DNA from: an uncultured archaeon
Lineage (GTDB): Archaea; Thermoplasmatota; Penumbrarchaeia; JASLWR01
Direction: 5' to 3'
Assembly: GCA_964430885.1 (NCBI GenBank)
Contig: CAYSHM010000001.1
Coordinates: 187,280 to 251,279, forward strand
Length of the DNA stretch: 64,000 nucleotides
The translations under genes were made by a program, and so were the position numbers. Below the pieces are notes generated by a model. The model made no database searches. It was not told where the DNA came from and saw only the letters and a program-made list of their open reading frames with translations. Below are positions 30,757-40,931 of this stretch, one piece after another. How positions within the stretch are numbered: position 1 is the first letter of the stretch; every line of letters starts with the position of its first letter.

Positions 30757-32064
30757 GTGAAAAACATGCCGGAACTGAACTATTACGAGATATTGGGAGT
30801 CACCCAAAAAACCAGTAAAGTTGATATTCGAAAGGCTTACCGAAAGATGGCCGAACTTTATCATCCCGATATGCTTGACTCTGCGGATCCGAAACTGGTC
30901 AAACTGGCAACCGAAGAGATGATATTGATCAATGAGGCAAAGGATATACTCCTCGATAATAATTCAAGAAGGGAGTATGACATTTATCTACGAACGACCG
31001 ATCAAACACAGTACCGGCCTAATCAGGAAAACAGCCTGATACGTACAATTATACAAGCCCAGAACATACTCAGCGATGTGAAATCCCAGGGTATAAGGAT
31101 ACTTGAAGCAGAGAAATACTTTTTCCAGGCAAAATATGCTTTCCATAATCGGTATTATCATAAGGGTCTGAAACTTCTGAAATATGCGGTCATATCCGCA
31201 AGGGAAAAGGAATATGAGAACACAGTTGAGAAAATACTCCGCGCTCGGCGTAAGATTATGTCAGTGGAGATGAAGGGTTATAATGTAGAATCAGCAAAAA
31301 ATATCCTAATGCAGGCAAAACCAGCTATTCAGGAAGGGATGTACAAAGAAGCCCAAGATTTTGCCAAGGGTGCTCTTGAGGCCATAAAGAGAATACTTGA
31401 GATACAAACCCCTGTGCCTTTGGAACCCGAGATCACTGAACCCGCCAAACCATCTAGATTGAGAAGGGACCGGAAGGAATTCATAACTCGGCGGGATGAT
31501 ATGGTCAAGGGTATTGAAGAGGTTAGAAAAATGCTCATCTCTCAAAAGGCCATTTCTAGGCTGGATATGGAAAAGATGGAACGCTTGAAGGATTTCATCA
31601 ATGAGATGCGCAGTCTTATCGAGGGCAGCTTTTCAACTGACAGGAATTTGTCAAAGTTGGAGATTGCTTTTAGATACAAGACCAGAATGATCACCTTTCA
31701 GAAAGAACGGGAGCTGGAAAAGGAAATCATATCTTCCATTCGTAACAAGTATGAAGGGAAGGTTCCGGGAATCAAGGATATCGATTTTTCCTTGGATGTG
31801 GAAGATTTGGGCGGAGTCGATGAAAAAGACATTCCCACAGAGGATAAGGAGATAATCGAACCCGCCTGGGATGAGGATGCCAAGGCAAAGAAGGCTTTTG
31901 TTTACAAGGCGGTTCTAGAGCAGGCTTGGGACGACGGGATAGTGACCAATGATGAGGATGCTATGCTGAGACGTTTGAGAGAATCATTGGACCTTACGGA
32001 CGATGAGCATAAGAATATTGAGAAGGATATAATCAAGAAAGCTCTCCTGGATGATTATACCTAG
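30757..32064 (+). CDS. J-domain (DnaJ-like) protein with helical repeats and a TerB-like C-terminal domain
   Basis: NYYEILGV..IRKAYRK...YHPD..INEAKDIL....R.EYD; C-terminal AWDDGIVTNDEDAML..LR..L. Confidence 0.8.
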   Translation: MKNMPELNYYEILGVTQKTSKVDIRKAYRKMAELYHPDMLDSADPKLVKLATEEMILINEAKDILLDNNSRREYDIYLRTTDQTQYRPNQENSLIRTIIQAQNILSDVKSQGIRILEAEKYFFQAKYAFHNRYYHKGLKLLKYAVISAREKEYENTVEKILRARRKIMSVEMKGYNVESAKNILMQAKPAIQEGMYKEAQDFAKGALEAIKRILEIQTPVPLEPEITEPAKPSRLRRDRKEFITRRDDMVKGIEEVRKMLISQKAISRLDMEKMERLKDFINEMRSLIEGSFSTDRNLSKLEIAFRYKTRMITFQKERELEKEIISSIRNKYEGKVPGIKDIDFSLDVEDLGGVDEKDIPTEDKEIIEPAWDEDAKAKKAFVYKAVLEQAWDDGIVTNDEDAMLRRLRESLDLTDDEHKNIEKDIIKKALLDDYT

Positions 32065-32073
32065 TTAAATCTC

Positions 32074-32943
32074 CTATTTGACTACCACCATGGATCCGTA
32101 ACCAACCGCCGAACTATCGGGTAAGATGTCATAAGATGTGGCATATTTCAGAAGCTTCACATCACTAGCCCTGTCCTTCAGGCCCATAAGCATTGCGGCG
32201 ACGGCTCCCGGTCCGCACATGGATATTCCTTCGCTCTCCACCGTATCAAGAAGCCCGACCCCATCCATTTCGAGTATTGCGCCAATTGCCTTTTGGTCCT
32301 TCTCCTTGGCAAATTCGCCCGCGGTCATACCTGGAGGGACCTGTGTGCCGTAATTAAAACCGCAATGTGTGAAGTCGGTACTTGCCACTATCCCAACTTT
32401 CTTGGAATAATTTCTGAATGCCTCTTTGATGCCCTTAGCAAGAAGATTTGCTTTTTCATAGTTTTGCCTGTACATATTTATTGCAACCATAGAGAAATCC
32501 TCTTCAAAGTACTGGAAATAGGGCAATTGAACCTCAAGGGAGTGTTCATACCTGTGGGATGTATTATCTGTAGGGATCCCTATATCAGAGAATATTTCAC
32601 CTATCTCCTCGTCAAAATCGACCTTGCCTATGGGTGTTTTGAAATCCTCGTCCGCCATGGCAAGATCCCTGCCCCTGCCTGTATGATTGGGCCCGATTAT
32701 CACAAGAGTGTCCGGTAGACCGCTTTCTATAAAAGCCTTTACAGAATGAGCGACGATGGGTCCTGAATAGTTATATCCCGCATGGGGGAATACCCCGCCC
32801 AAAACCTTTCCTCTGCCTATTCCTCTCTCGATCTCAGAAACAGGTCCCGGCCCTAGTTCATGCTGGAAGGATTTTTTGATGACTCTTTTCAATCTTCTTT
32901 TTTGAGAAGGATAAAAATGCCCTGCGACAGCGGGAAATCTCAT
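32074..32943 (-). CDS. MEMO1-family protein (AmmeMemoRadiSam protein B)
   Basis: PAVAGHFYP, PHAGYNYSG, GPNHTG, EHSLEVQLP, STDFTH, SMCG motifs. Confidence 0.9.
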   Translation of the reverse strand: MRFPAVAGHFYPSQKRRLKRVIKKSFQHELGPGPVSEIERGIGRGKVLGGVFPHAGYNYSGPIVAHSVKAFIESGLPDTLVIIGPNHTGRGRDLAMADEDFKTPIGKVDFDEEIGEIFSDIGIPTDNTSHRYEHSLEVQLPYFQYFEEDFSMVAINMYRQNYEKANLLAKGIKEAFRNYSKKVGIVASTDFTHCGFNYGTQVPPGMTAGEFAKEKDQKAIGAILEMDGVGLLDTVESEGISMCGPGAVAAMLMGLKDRASDVKLLKYATSYDILPDSSAVGYGSMVVVK

Positions 32944-33159
32944 ATTAAGCCTCCGATAAGTGCAATATCATATGCTTGATTTAATAAACTTATAGTGCGA
33001 TGAAAAAATATTAATCGCTATAGCAGAAAAATAAAGGACCTTTTTATTATTTAATATCATCGGCGTATGGAAAATTTTGAATACCATTTTTCTGAAAAAA
33101 GCAGGGGTTTGAACTTGTGGTTTATATCCCTTTTGGGCTGGTAAAAACCAGAAACAGGA

Positions 33160-33666
33160 TTATCTCAGCATATGTCCGTGTCCGCAGTTCTTACAAGTGA
33201 TTTTGAGGGGGCGCTGTTCAAGAATATCTTCGGTGAGGAGGTACTCATCCCCGCACATTGGACAGATCCTTCTAATGTTCAGCAGTTCATCCGCGTCCTC
33301 TAATTTTGACCGCTCTATTACAGACCCATCTCCTTCCTCTTTTTCATCCTCGATGTCATCCAGACGAATAATATTATTGGCCCCCCCTTTCCCTATCTTT
33401 TTCGAAAGATCCTGGCTGCCGTCGCCCAAGGTGACCTCCCCCCTTTTGATAGCTTCCAAAAGGTCGAGTTCTGCGACTTCATTGTCTGCTGAACCTTTTT
33501 TGGATATGTCTTCATTTTTCTGCTTATCAACACCCTGAGTTTCGATATTAATTATTCCCTTCCCATCAGGCCATCGGAATTTGAATTTTCTCATGTCAGC
33601 CCCGCATTCACCGCAGAAATTTGCAGGCGTCAATATCTCAATACCGCAATTTGGACAAAAATTCAT
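33160..33666 (-). CDS. Soluble protein with N- and C-terminal Zn ribbons
   Basis: FCPNCG..FCGECG and CPMCG..RPLKITCKNCG; ATG at 33666 preceded by GGTGG. Confidence 0.7.
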   Translation of the reverse strand: MNFCPNCGIEILTPANFCGECGADMRKFKFRWPDGKGIINIETQGVDKQKNEDISKKGSADNEVAELDLLEAIKRGEVTLGDGSQDLSKKIGKGGANNIIRLDDIEDEKEEGDGSVIERSKLEDADELLNIRRICPMCGDEYLLTEDILEQRPLKITCKNCGHGHMLR

Positions 33667-33759
33667 TATACCACCTTTTTCCAAGATATAACAACATATG
33701 TAGTTTAGCTGTAGTTGAACAACTATTTATAATTCAATTAGTAATAAGAATAATAAGAG

Positions 33760-33843
33760 CGCGGAGAGGGGGATTTGAACCCCCGTGATGTTACCATCAC
33801 AGGATTAGCAGTCCTGCGCCGTACCAGGCTGGGCCATCTCCGC
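33760..33843 (-). tRNA. tRNA-Ser(GCT), no intron, CCA not encoded
   Basis: Reverse complement folds as a cloverleaf: acceptor GCGGAGA/TCTCCGC plus discriminator G, anticodon arm CAGGA-CT-GCT-AA-TCCTG, long variable arm GTGATG-GTAA-CATCAC, T arm GGGGG-TTCAAAT-CCCCC. Confidence 0.95.
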
Positions 33844-33854
33844 TTGTCATATGA

Positions 33855-34226
33855 TCAGTACTTAGAAAATGTCCAGAATTTTTCCACATTTATTCCCCAT
33901 TTTTCTACCATTTCCTGTGCCTTGAACTTGCAGGCTTCAGGTATAGCAACATGGAATTCCACACCTTGAGGCCTGGAAAAATCCTTAAATTTGTATTTTG
34001 CATCCTCGCTGCCTATGGAATCGCAAGTCTCAACAGCCATAATGATAGTTCGCTCGCCCTTCTTTGCCCAGATCTCTGGGATATGGGCTCCTACTGGGTC
34101 AGGTTTTCCATTGGGGCAGTCAATGGGTTGGACCTTGACATACCATCCTTTCTTGGTGAAATACTTAAGACCCTGGTTGATTATTATCTCATACCTTTTT
34201 TTGTCCTCTCCATATCTGGTTGTCAT
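33855..34226 (-). CDS. Small restriction-endonuclease-fold (PD-(D/E)xK-like) protein, probably degenerate
   Basis: G.HIPEIWAKK...IIMAVET resembles PDI.A.K...IEVET. Confidence 0.5.
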   Translation of the reverse strand: MTTRYGEDKKRYEIIINQGLKYFTKKGWYVKVQPIDCPNGKPDPVGAHIPEIWAKKGERTIIMAVETCDSIGSEDAKYKFKDFSRPQGVEFHVAIPEACKFKAQEMVEKWGINVEKFWTFSKY

Positions 34227-34444
34227 TTTATCGCCTACCCTTTTTCCATCAGCCTATTCCTGTGATCTACACCATTCATAGTTCCTGAAGACCGAATAAT
34301 GCAGACCACTGGCAGCAGGTAATGGAGTTATTGTTCATCAAACTACCAACCTTATATATATTTTTTTTTAGCCCATTTCACACTATCTCTCTCAAAGCAT
34401 TATCTGTGGAGGGCTGCAGCAATTAGAAATGCCTACTTGGATAA

Positions 34445-34597
34445 TCATTTCGTAGAATGATATATCTCTTTACCTCTTCTGCAGTTCAAACAAAATCCTC
34501 CGCCGCCTGAGTGCTGACTGCAGAAGGGCGACCCGCATTGACTGCAGTTATCCATACAGGGTTTCCCGCAGATGCGGCATAGACCGGGTATTTTCAT
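34445..34597 (-). CDS. 50-aa Cys-rich Zn-finger microprotein, not in the ORF track
   Basis: MKIPGLCRICGKPCMDNCSQCGSPFCSQHSGGGGFCLNCRRGKEIYHSTK*; upstream GGAGAAGG purine-rich RBS-like sequence. Confidence 0.75.
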   Translation of the reverse strand: MKIPGLCRICGKPCMDNCSQCGSPFCSQHSGGGGFCLNCRRGKEIYHSTK

Positions 34598-34737
34598 ATG
34601 TCATACCTTCTCCGTGAATGAGAATAAATTTATGGCCAAGATATTAAATTATCCTATTCTCTGCGGATTTTTTTAAAAAAACTTAGAATGATGAGAAAAT
34701 TCTTTTTATTCAGAAGAGAATTAATTGGACTGATATC

Positions 34738-35250
34738 ATGACAAACCAGGATTTCATTTATAAGAATGTCTGGACTGGAGGTACCTTTGATCATTTTCAT
34801 TCGGGACATGAAGCACTGATGAACAAAGCCTTTGAGGTGTCAGGATTTGTCACAATTGGGATAACCACCAATGAACTGGTCAAAGATAAGAAATACAGCG
34901 AGTTCATTCAGCCCCTTGAGCAGAGAATGAAGATAATGGGAGATTATTTGGCCCGTAAGTTCGGCCCTGAGAGGTACAAATTTGTAATTAACGATGATGT
35001 ATATACAAAAGCCGTCCTTTCCCCGTCATTGGAGGCTAACATAATCTGCTTCAAAACGGAACATCACGGGGATAGAATAAACAGATTGAGGATTGATAAA
35101 GGATTGAAACCCCTTGATCTGGTTATGGCGCCCTCGGGCAGCGATAATCCTTCTTCCACCGAGGTAAGGAGATCTCTTTATTTTGAAAAATACGGCAGGG
35201 ATTTATATAATGATGATTCCAGGTGTATACCAAAGGTGGATCGGATTTGA
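34738..35250 (+). CDS. coaD: Archaeal phosphopantetheine adenylyltransferase
   Basis: GGTFDHFHSGH (HxGH), IGITT, IN..R...GL.PL, SSTEVR. Confidence 0.8.
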   Translation: MTNQDFIYKNVWTGGTFDHFHSGHEALMNKAFEVSGFVTIGITTNELVKDKKYSEFIQPLEQRMKIMGDYLARKFGPERYKFVINDDVYTKAVLSPSLEANIICFKTEHHGDRINRLRIDKGLKPLDLVMAPSGSDNPSSTEVRRSLYFEKYGRDLYNDDSRCIPKVDRI

Positions 35251-35328
35251 AACGGGAACCCGAAACCTAATTCCCCAATAAAGTGAAAACCCTAAAATAC
35301 AACGGATATTTTATTTGGAGATGATCGA

Positions 35329-36297
35329 ATGAACAGGGTGAATATTATATCTGACATATATCGGGTCCTGACCCGAACGGGATTCTATGTGTCCGATCCC
35401 AAGGAAACACGTTCCCTGACATTCGATCTCATCTGCAGAAGGGACCAGACCCTGTTGATATTCAAGATGCTGACCAATATAGATTCTTTCTCAAAGGACA
35501 ATGCCCGCCAATTGAGGCTCATGGCCACCATGCTGGATGCATGTCCCATCGTTGCAGGGCTCAAAACCTCTAAGAACACTTTACGGGATGGAGTGGTATA
35601 TCTTCGGCATATGGTTACAATAATCAATCCCCAGACCTTATATGATATACTCATCGAAGGGGTTTACCCATCGGTTTTTGCAGCTCCTGGAGGGCTGTAT
35701 GTAGATATGGATCCCGCCCGTTTAAAGGAGATCAGGAAGAGATTGGGATTATCTTTGGGTGCTTTGGCCAAAGCCATTGGCACCACTAGAAAGGCAGTTC
35801 AGATGTACGAGGAAGGTATGAGTGCTACATTAGAGGTTGGTTTGGCTATAGAGGAGGCATTAAACGTACCCGTTATCAAGCCTTTAAATCCTTTGGTCTA
35901 TAACAAAAGTTTGGTGAGGGAAAGAGAGAGATTCGATAATATGGATGAGCGATACAAGTCCCTATGCTTGAAACTTCACCGGATAGGCTATGAGGTAGTG
36001 CCTCTTTTCAAATGCCCCTTTGATGCATTTACCCTAGATGATAATGTGTTATTTCTTACGGGTTTTCAGGATATCAATGTTGGGTTAAAGCAGAAGGCCA
36101 AACTTATGAAGAACATAGCTGCCATAACGGAGAGGGAATCGGTTTTCTTTGTTAACAATCCGATGATCAGGACGAACATTGAAGGGAATCCTATAATTTC
36201 AAGGGAGGATCTTGACCGGATATCCACTTCTGAGGAGATAATCCAGTTAGTTCTAGAAAGGCAGTCGGGAAGACGAAGGACAGGTGATAATACTTGA
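35329..36297 (+). CDS. Conserved archaeal HTH (XRE-type) transcriptional regulator
   Basis: FDLICRR..K.L.NIDS; AAPGGLYV; central HTH R..LGLSLG.LA..IG.TRKAVQMYEEG. Confidence 0.85.
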   Translation: MNRVNIISDIYRVLTRTGFYVSDPKETRSLTFDLICRRDQTLLIFKMLTNIDSFSKDNARQLRLMATMLDACPIVAGLKTSKNTLRDGVVYLRHMVTIINPQTLYDILIEGVYPSVFAAPGGLYVDMDPARLKEIRKRLGLSLGALAKAIGTTRKAVQMYEEGMSATLEVGLAIEEALNVPVIKPLNPLVYNKSLVRERERFDNMDERYKSLCLKLHRIGYEVVPLFKCPFDAFTLDDNVLFLTGFQDINVGLKQKAKLMKNIAAITERESVFFVNNPMIRTNIEGNPIISREDLDRISTSEEIIQLVLERQSGRRRTGDNT

Positions 36298-36956
36298 AAG
36301 CAGAAGGAAGAACCCATGAAAAGATCCCCCTTGAATGTATAGAAACTACAGATGGCACCAAATTATTCATTTTGGGAACGCTGAAAGGTTTGAAATCGGA
36401 GGCTGAAAAGGTAAGGGATGTTCTTGAAACACTTAAACCTAAGGCTGTAGGGATCTATATCCCGAAGGAGGAGGTCGAAGGCCTTGCGGAAGTTGTTGCC
36501 GGAAATATAAAGGAGATGTCCTTATCGGATCTTGAAGAATGTTATGCCTACAATCTATCCAATTTCGGTGAGGTGCAGGTCCCGCCACCGTGCATAGTTG
36601 AGACCTATAGATGGACACAAAACAATGATGTACCCTTATTAGCCCTAGATATGTCGGACCTAGAGTATTCCAATGCTTTCACCGAATGCATATCTACCCT
36701 TGAATTAATGCGTCATTCAATGAGGATAAAGAAGATCAAGAAAAAGGATTTCAAAAGTTCAGATGCACAGACCTTTGTAATGGAATGGGATGGAGAGGTG
36801 AACAAGATCAAGGGATATCGAAAGTTGGAGGGAAGGAGGAATAAAAAAATGGCGGATAATATAATGAGGATGTCAAGAAAATTCCAGCGATCTCTTGCAA
36901 TTGTTGAGTATGAAAGATTTCCCTTCATATTGGAGGAACTGAATAGTAAAAATTAA
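36294..36956 (+). CDS. Conserved hypothetical protein (possibly TraB-like fold)
   Basis: TTG start overlaps the upstream TGA (translational coupling); motifs KGL.SE and FGEV.VPPP. Confidence 0.6.
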   Translation: MKAEGRTHEKIPLECIETTDGTKLFILGTLKGLKSEAEKVRDVLETLKPKAVGIYIPKEEVEGLAEVVAGNIKEMSLSDLEECYAYNLSNFGEVQVPPPCIVETYRWTQNNDVPLLALDMSDLEYSNAFTECISTLELMRHSMRIKKIKKKDFKSSDAQTFVMEWDGEVNKIKGYRKLEGRRNKKMADNIMRMSRKFQRSLAIVEYERFPFILEELNSKN

Positions 36957-37006
36957 TTTAATGTCACGGGTAGAATATTAGTTATTCTGAAAGAGAAATT
37001 TTTTCA

Positions 37007-37720
37007 TTAACCAATGCTTTTCAGCTTCAAACCGAAATCTTTAGCTTTTTCAGAGAGTTTACCAATAGGCATTTCTCCTGCTCGGATAATATCAATGCTA
37101 TCATGATCTGGTTTGATAATGGTCGAACCGGCTTTTTTTGGTGCCACCTGTGTCCCGTATTCTTGTATAAGCTGCAGCATTTTGTTATCGAGTGACTTGC
37201 TTCTGATATGGTAGTTAATATTATTCTCTTCGGCAAATAGTTCGGTCTCACCAGAAAGCAGCATAGGCGGATTTGAATGGGAGTTTACCGAAGTGGATGT
37301 TATAGGTCCGATTTCCCTCAACAAATGTCTAATGAAATCATGATCCGGGATCCTGACACCCACAAGCGGGCTTCCACCTGTAACGAGAGGATCGATTAAA
37401 TTGTTCTTCTGTAGTAAGATAGTTACACTGCCTGGTAGAATGGATCGGCAAAAACCTTCAATTGCTGTGTCATTAAAAGAGGCTACCTTAGAAATTTCCT
37501 GAAAATCGCCAACCGCAACTGATAGAGGCATGCAGTAGCATCTTTTTTTCATGGAAAATACCCGTCTGACACCTCGGGGTTCATATATTGATGCTCCTAA
37601 GCCATATAACGTATCGGTAGGGTAGATTATCACACCGCTTCTATCCAGATAGTTTTTGATATTTTCAACATGATACTGTATTTTTTCAGCGGTGAGTTCT
37701 TCACAAAAAAAATCTATCAA
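37007..37720 (-). CDS. tsaC: Threonylcarbamoyl-AMP synthase (Sua5/YrdC/TsaC)
   Basis: YPTDTLYGLGA, K.R, PLSV, LPG..T, GVRIPDH, TSTSVN, STII. Confidence 0.88.
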   Translation of the reverse strand: MIDFFCEELTAEKIQYHVENIKNYLDRSGVIIYPTDTLYGLGASIYEPRGVRRVFSMKKRCYCMPLSVAVGDFQEISKVASFNDTAIEGFCRSILPGSVTILLQKNNLIDPLVTGGSPLVGVRIPDHDFIRHLLREIGPITSTSVNSHSNPPMLLSGETELFAEENNINYHIRSKSLDNKMLQLIQEYGTQVAPKKAGSTIIKPDHDSIDIIRAGEMPIGKLSEKAKDFGLKLKSIG

Positions 37721-37803
37721 TTAAGCACCTTTGTTAGATATATTTAGAATATACCTTATTGAAATGAGGCCTTTCCTTTTCAAATACTATCTTGTTAATT
37801 ATC

Positions 37804-39207
37804 TCAGACCGGGATGGTAAATTCCAATTCGCTGGAAACAATCTTCATTTCTTCAAGGAAAACCTCTTGGAACTCCTGCATTAGTTCCTTCAGCCGTTCT
37901 TCCGTCTGGGCCTCCACGGTTATTCTCACAGATGGTTGGGTATTGGAGCATCTTACCAGTCCCCAACCTTCAGGGTATATTATCTTTGCACCATCAAGGG
38001 TGACAAGTTCAAAGTCTCCTTCCTTCTGGGAATAGTGCTCTACAACGGCATCTATCACCTGGAATTTAATATCGTCAGAGCAATCGAATTTGAGCTTATC
38101 CTTTGGATATGACGGCACTTCATCCAATAATTCCCCGAATGTCTTATTGCTTCTGGTGAGAATGTCAACTAGATACATGCTTGTAAGAATAGGGTCATCG
38201 AAATTATAGCTCAAGGGTAAAAAGAAATGTGCACTGTCCTCAACACCGAAAATTCCATCATTTTCCTTAATGGCCTGGGCAACAAAGGCGTCGCCCACTC
38301 TTACTGATATTACTTCTCCTCCCGCTTCTTCAATTTCCTGTTCGAGGAGCATTGAAGCTGAAACGGTACTGATAACTGGTCCATCATATTCCTCCAGCAG
38401 CTCCCTAGCGATGATGACCCCTACCTTTTCCACCTGGATCGCCTTTCCTTTTTCATCCACAAAGGCACATCTGTCACTGTCCCCGTCGTATGCCAATCCT
38501 ACGTCGGCACCAATTCCTTCCACCAGAGCGCATAGATCGTTGATATTTTCTTTACTGGGTTCCGAAGGCCTCCCGGGAAAGGTTCCGTCAACCTGGGCAT
38601 TGATAGTGATGACATCCATGCCAAGCTTATTGAAAAGATCGGGTGCTACCAATCCCGCCACCCCGTTACCAGGATCAATTACTATCTTCAAGGGAGTTTC
38701 CCCTCCGGTCCAGTGCTCCATAATAAAATCCACATAGTTATCAATTACGGAGCTGCTGTCTTCATTGTAACTTCTCCCAAGAAGGTCCCAATCGGCAAGT
38801 ATAAAATCTTCTTCTAGGAGGATCTCCTTTATAGCATCATTTCCAAGAGTGTATCCAGTACCGTCTGGATGTCTGAACCTTATCCCGTTATATTCTGCAG
38901 GATTGTGGGAAGCGGTAATATATACGCCAGCGGAGAAATCATTCTTCCAGGTCCAGTAGTTTGCAATGGGTATTGGAACCAATCCTATTATTTCTACGTC
39001 AACTCCCGTTGAGGTGATTCCGGCTACTAGGGCCTGCTCGATTATCCTGCTGGAAGTCCGCCCATCCCTGGCGAGGCAGACCCTTCCCTCTCCGCCTAGA
39101 TATGTTCCAAATGCCATTCCAATCTTCGTTACAAGATCGGGGTATAGTTCAGTATTGAATATTCCCCTGATATCATAAGCTCTAAATATACTCTCTTTGA
39201 TCTCCAT
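37804..39207 (-). CDS. Phosphohexomutase (PMM/PGM/GlmM family)
   Basis: FRAYDIRG, TASHNP, DGDSDR, LVRCSNTQP. Confidence 0.92.
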   Translation of the reverse strand: MEIKESIFRAYDIRGIFNTELYPDLVTKIGMAFGTYLGGEGRVCLARDGRTSSRIIEQALVAGITSTGVDVEIIGLVPIPIANYWTWKNDFSAGVYITASHNPAEYNGIRFRHPDGTGYTLGNDAIKEILLEEDFILADWDLLGRSYNEDSSSVIDNYVDFIMEHWTGGETPLKIVIDPGNGVAGLVAPDLFNKLGMDVITINAQVDGTFPGRPSEPSKENINDLCALVEGIGADVGLAYDGDSDRCAFVDEKGKAIQVEKVGVIIARELLEEYDGPVISTVSASMLLEQEIEEAGGEVISVRVGDAFVAQAIKENDGIFGVEDSAHFFLPLSYNFDDPILTSMYLVDILTRSNKTFGELLDEVPSYPKDKLKFDCSDDIKFQVIDAVVEHYSQKEGDFELVTLDGAKIIYPEGWGLVRCSNTQPSVRITVEAQTEERLKELMQEFQEVFLEEMKIVSSELEFTIPV

Positions 39208-39338
39208 GGGATACCTCCGCAGTTAATATTTCAGTATCAATATTTTTAAATTTTTCTATCGGGTTTCAATATTATAATGTTATATTTTGTGACGAATTCA
39301 TTTCGAAGAATGGATTAAGGGATTGACCTATTGAACCA

Positions 39339-39932
39339 TCAACCTTTGAACTTCATTTTTTTCTTAAGAATGTCATGGCCAGTATTATTCTCAATAGTCA
39401 ATCCTTCCATGGATATTTGCGGTCTGAATAGTCCCAGCGGTTTGCCGAATATAAGTTCCATGTCGAATCTGTAGAACTCGTTTATTTCCAGTCCAGGGTA
39501 ATTTGAGAATATTTCCTCATAGGCTTGAGATAGGGTATGTGGCCTTTCACGTAATGTCTCTCTACAATCCCTTGGTGAGATCTTCTTCAACAGATCATTA
39601 TTTCCTGGGACCAATCCCAACTCTTCAAGGTCCTTTATCTTTTTTATCATCCCGTCCCTGCTGTTCAATATCTCTTTGACAATTTCTTCCTTCTTGACGT
39701 GCTGGGATATGTCTGTGAGAAATAAGTGTTCTTCCGAAATGTCCGTATCGCAGATGGGCCCCCTGCTGAGCTTGCCTTCTTGAAGGTCTGAAATACAAAA
39801 TTGTTCTTCATGATCAAAAATGATTTTCCCGCTTTCCTCCGCTTCCTTCATCTCATCATTTTCGTCTCCAGAAGGTTTGTCTTCCTCCCATCTTGACCTT
39901 CTCTTTTTTACACTTCGGGGCTCGTCCATCAT
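39339..39932 (-). CDS. Hypothetical protein
   Basis: 197-aa ORF filling the intergenic space; no recognisable motif. Confidence 0.55.
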   Translation of the reverse strand: MMDEPRSVKKRRSRWEEDKPSGDENDEMKEAEESGKIIFDHEEQFCISDLQEGKLSRGPICDTDISEEHLFLTDISQHVKKEEIVKEILNSRDGMIKKIKDLEELGLVPGNNDLLKKISPRDCRETLRERPHTLSQAYEEIFSNYPGLEINEFYRFDMELIFGKPLGLFRPQISMEGLTIENNTGHDILKKKMKFKG

Positions 39933-40034
39933 AGAAACCGGAAACTTTAATGTAATATAGTTATTTTAAATTGTTGTCCTCTATTGTATCTTTTGTTTTT
40001 TACCTAAAAAGGACACGGTACTTCCTACTGTTAT

Positions 40035-40415
40035 TCATTTCCATACTATGGCCAAGATGGCTCCTACTGTACAAAGAAAACCTCCGACCAGAGTTCCTTT
40101 ACCGGGTATTTCCTTGAAGAAAAGATAAGCGAAGATCGCGGCGAATATTACCTCGAATGTTAGGTATAATAGAGCCGGTACCCAAACTCTATTGGAAAAG
40201 ACCTTTGTTCCAATGTTGAACGAGGCCGCAACAACTAGGGAGAAGATGAAAGTCAGAGGGATCAATTTTACCTGATAGACACCTATGGCCATTAGCTTTT
40301 TAACAAGATTGTCCTTCTGGATGTATTTAACCTGGTAGTAGTTAATAATTGTGAATATCATCACTGCAATTGCGATTCCAAGTATTACCAATAATCCTTT
40401 CATTCTATTATCCAT
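40035..40415 (-). CDS. Small four-TM membrane protein (DMT/EamA-like half)
   Basis: Four hydrophobic segments; YLFFKE.P...TLVG..L...G pattern. Confidence 0.6.
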   Translation of the reverse strand: MDNRMKGLLVILGIAIAVMIFTIINYYQVKYIQKDNLVKKLMAIGVYQVKLIPLTFIFSLVVAASFNIGTKVFSNRVWVPALLYLTFEVIFAAIFAYLFFKEIPGKGTLVGGFLCTVGAILAIVWK

Positions 40416-40736
40416 GTGAATTCCACCGCTCTATTTCATCTCATAATTGGGCATTCTGCATCCTGGACCCAACTACATTGGTAATGGGATTTCACTACTT
40501 GATTAATTTAACTGTGCTAATGGACCATTGGAGAGGTTCTACTTATCAAAATGGTAATTTAAAAATTGTTTTTTATGAGGGAAAATGGTGATATACCTGA
40601 ATATAAAATTAATTTGAAAATTTTTAACAATCAAGTGAGTAATTAATGACCCTTTCAAGAAGTAGATTGATAAATATGGCCATCAACATGAATAGGGCCA
40701 ATTCAAGGCACTAATCCAAATAATTTGATATTGATC

Positions 40737-40931
40737 TTATCTTCCATCATCGCAGGGTTCATCCTCGTCGATGAACCGGGCATGTTCGGCTTCAGCAGCA
40801 GCTTTGGTGCAAACTTCCATGGGAAGCTCCGTCATCTCCTTACCGCAGCAGTACGCCTTTTTCTCTTCTTCACTCTTTTTCTCTTTTTTTGTTCCGCATT
40901 CATCGCATTCAAACCATATTGTATCAACCAT
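40737..40931 (-). CDS. Small desulforedoxin-like Cys-rich protein
   Basis: FECDECG..YCCGKEM (CxxC...CC); upstream AGGTAGGAG RBS. Confidence 0.7.
   Translation of the reverse strand: MVDTIWFECDECGTKKEKKSEEEKKAYCCGKEMTELPMEVCTKAAAEAEHARFIDEDEPCDDGR

Noticed and set aside
33690-33843. tRNA-Ser as an integration site for an island
   Set aside because: I saw no duplicated tRNA 3' end and no integrase; flanking genes look chromosomal
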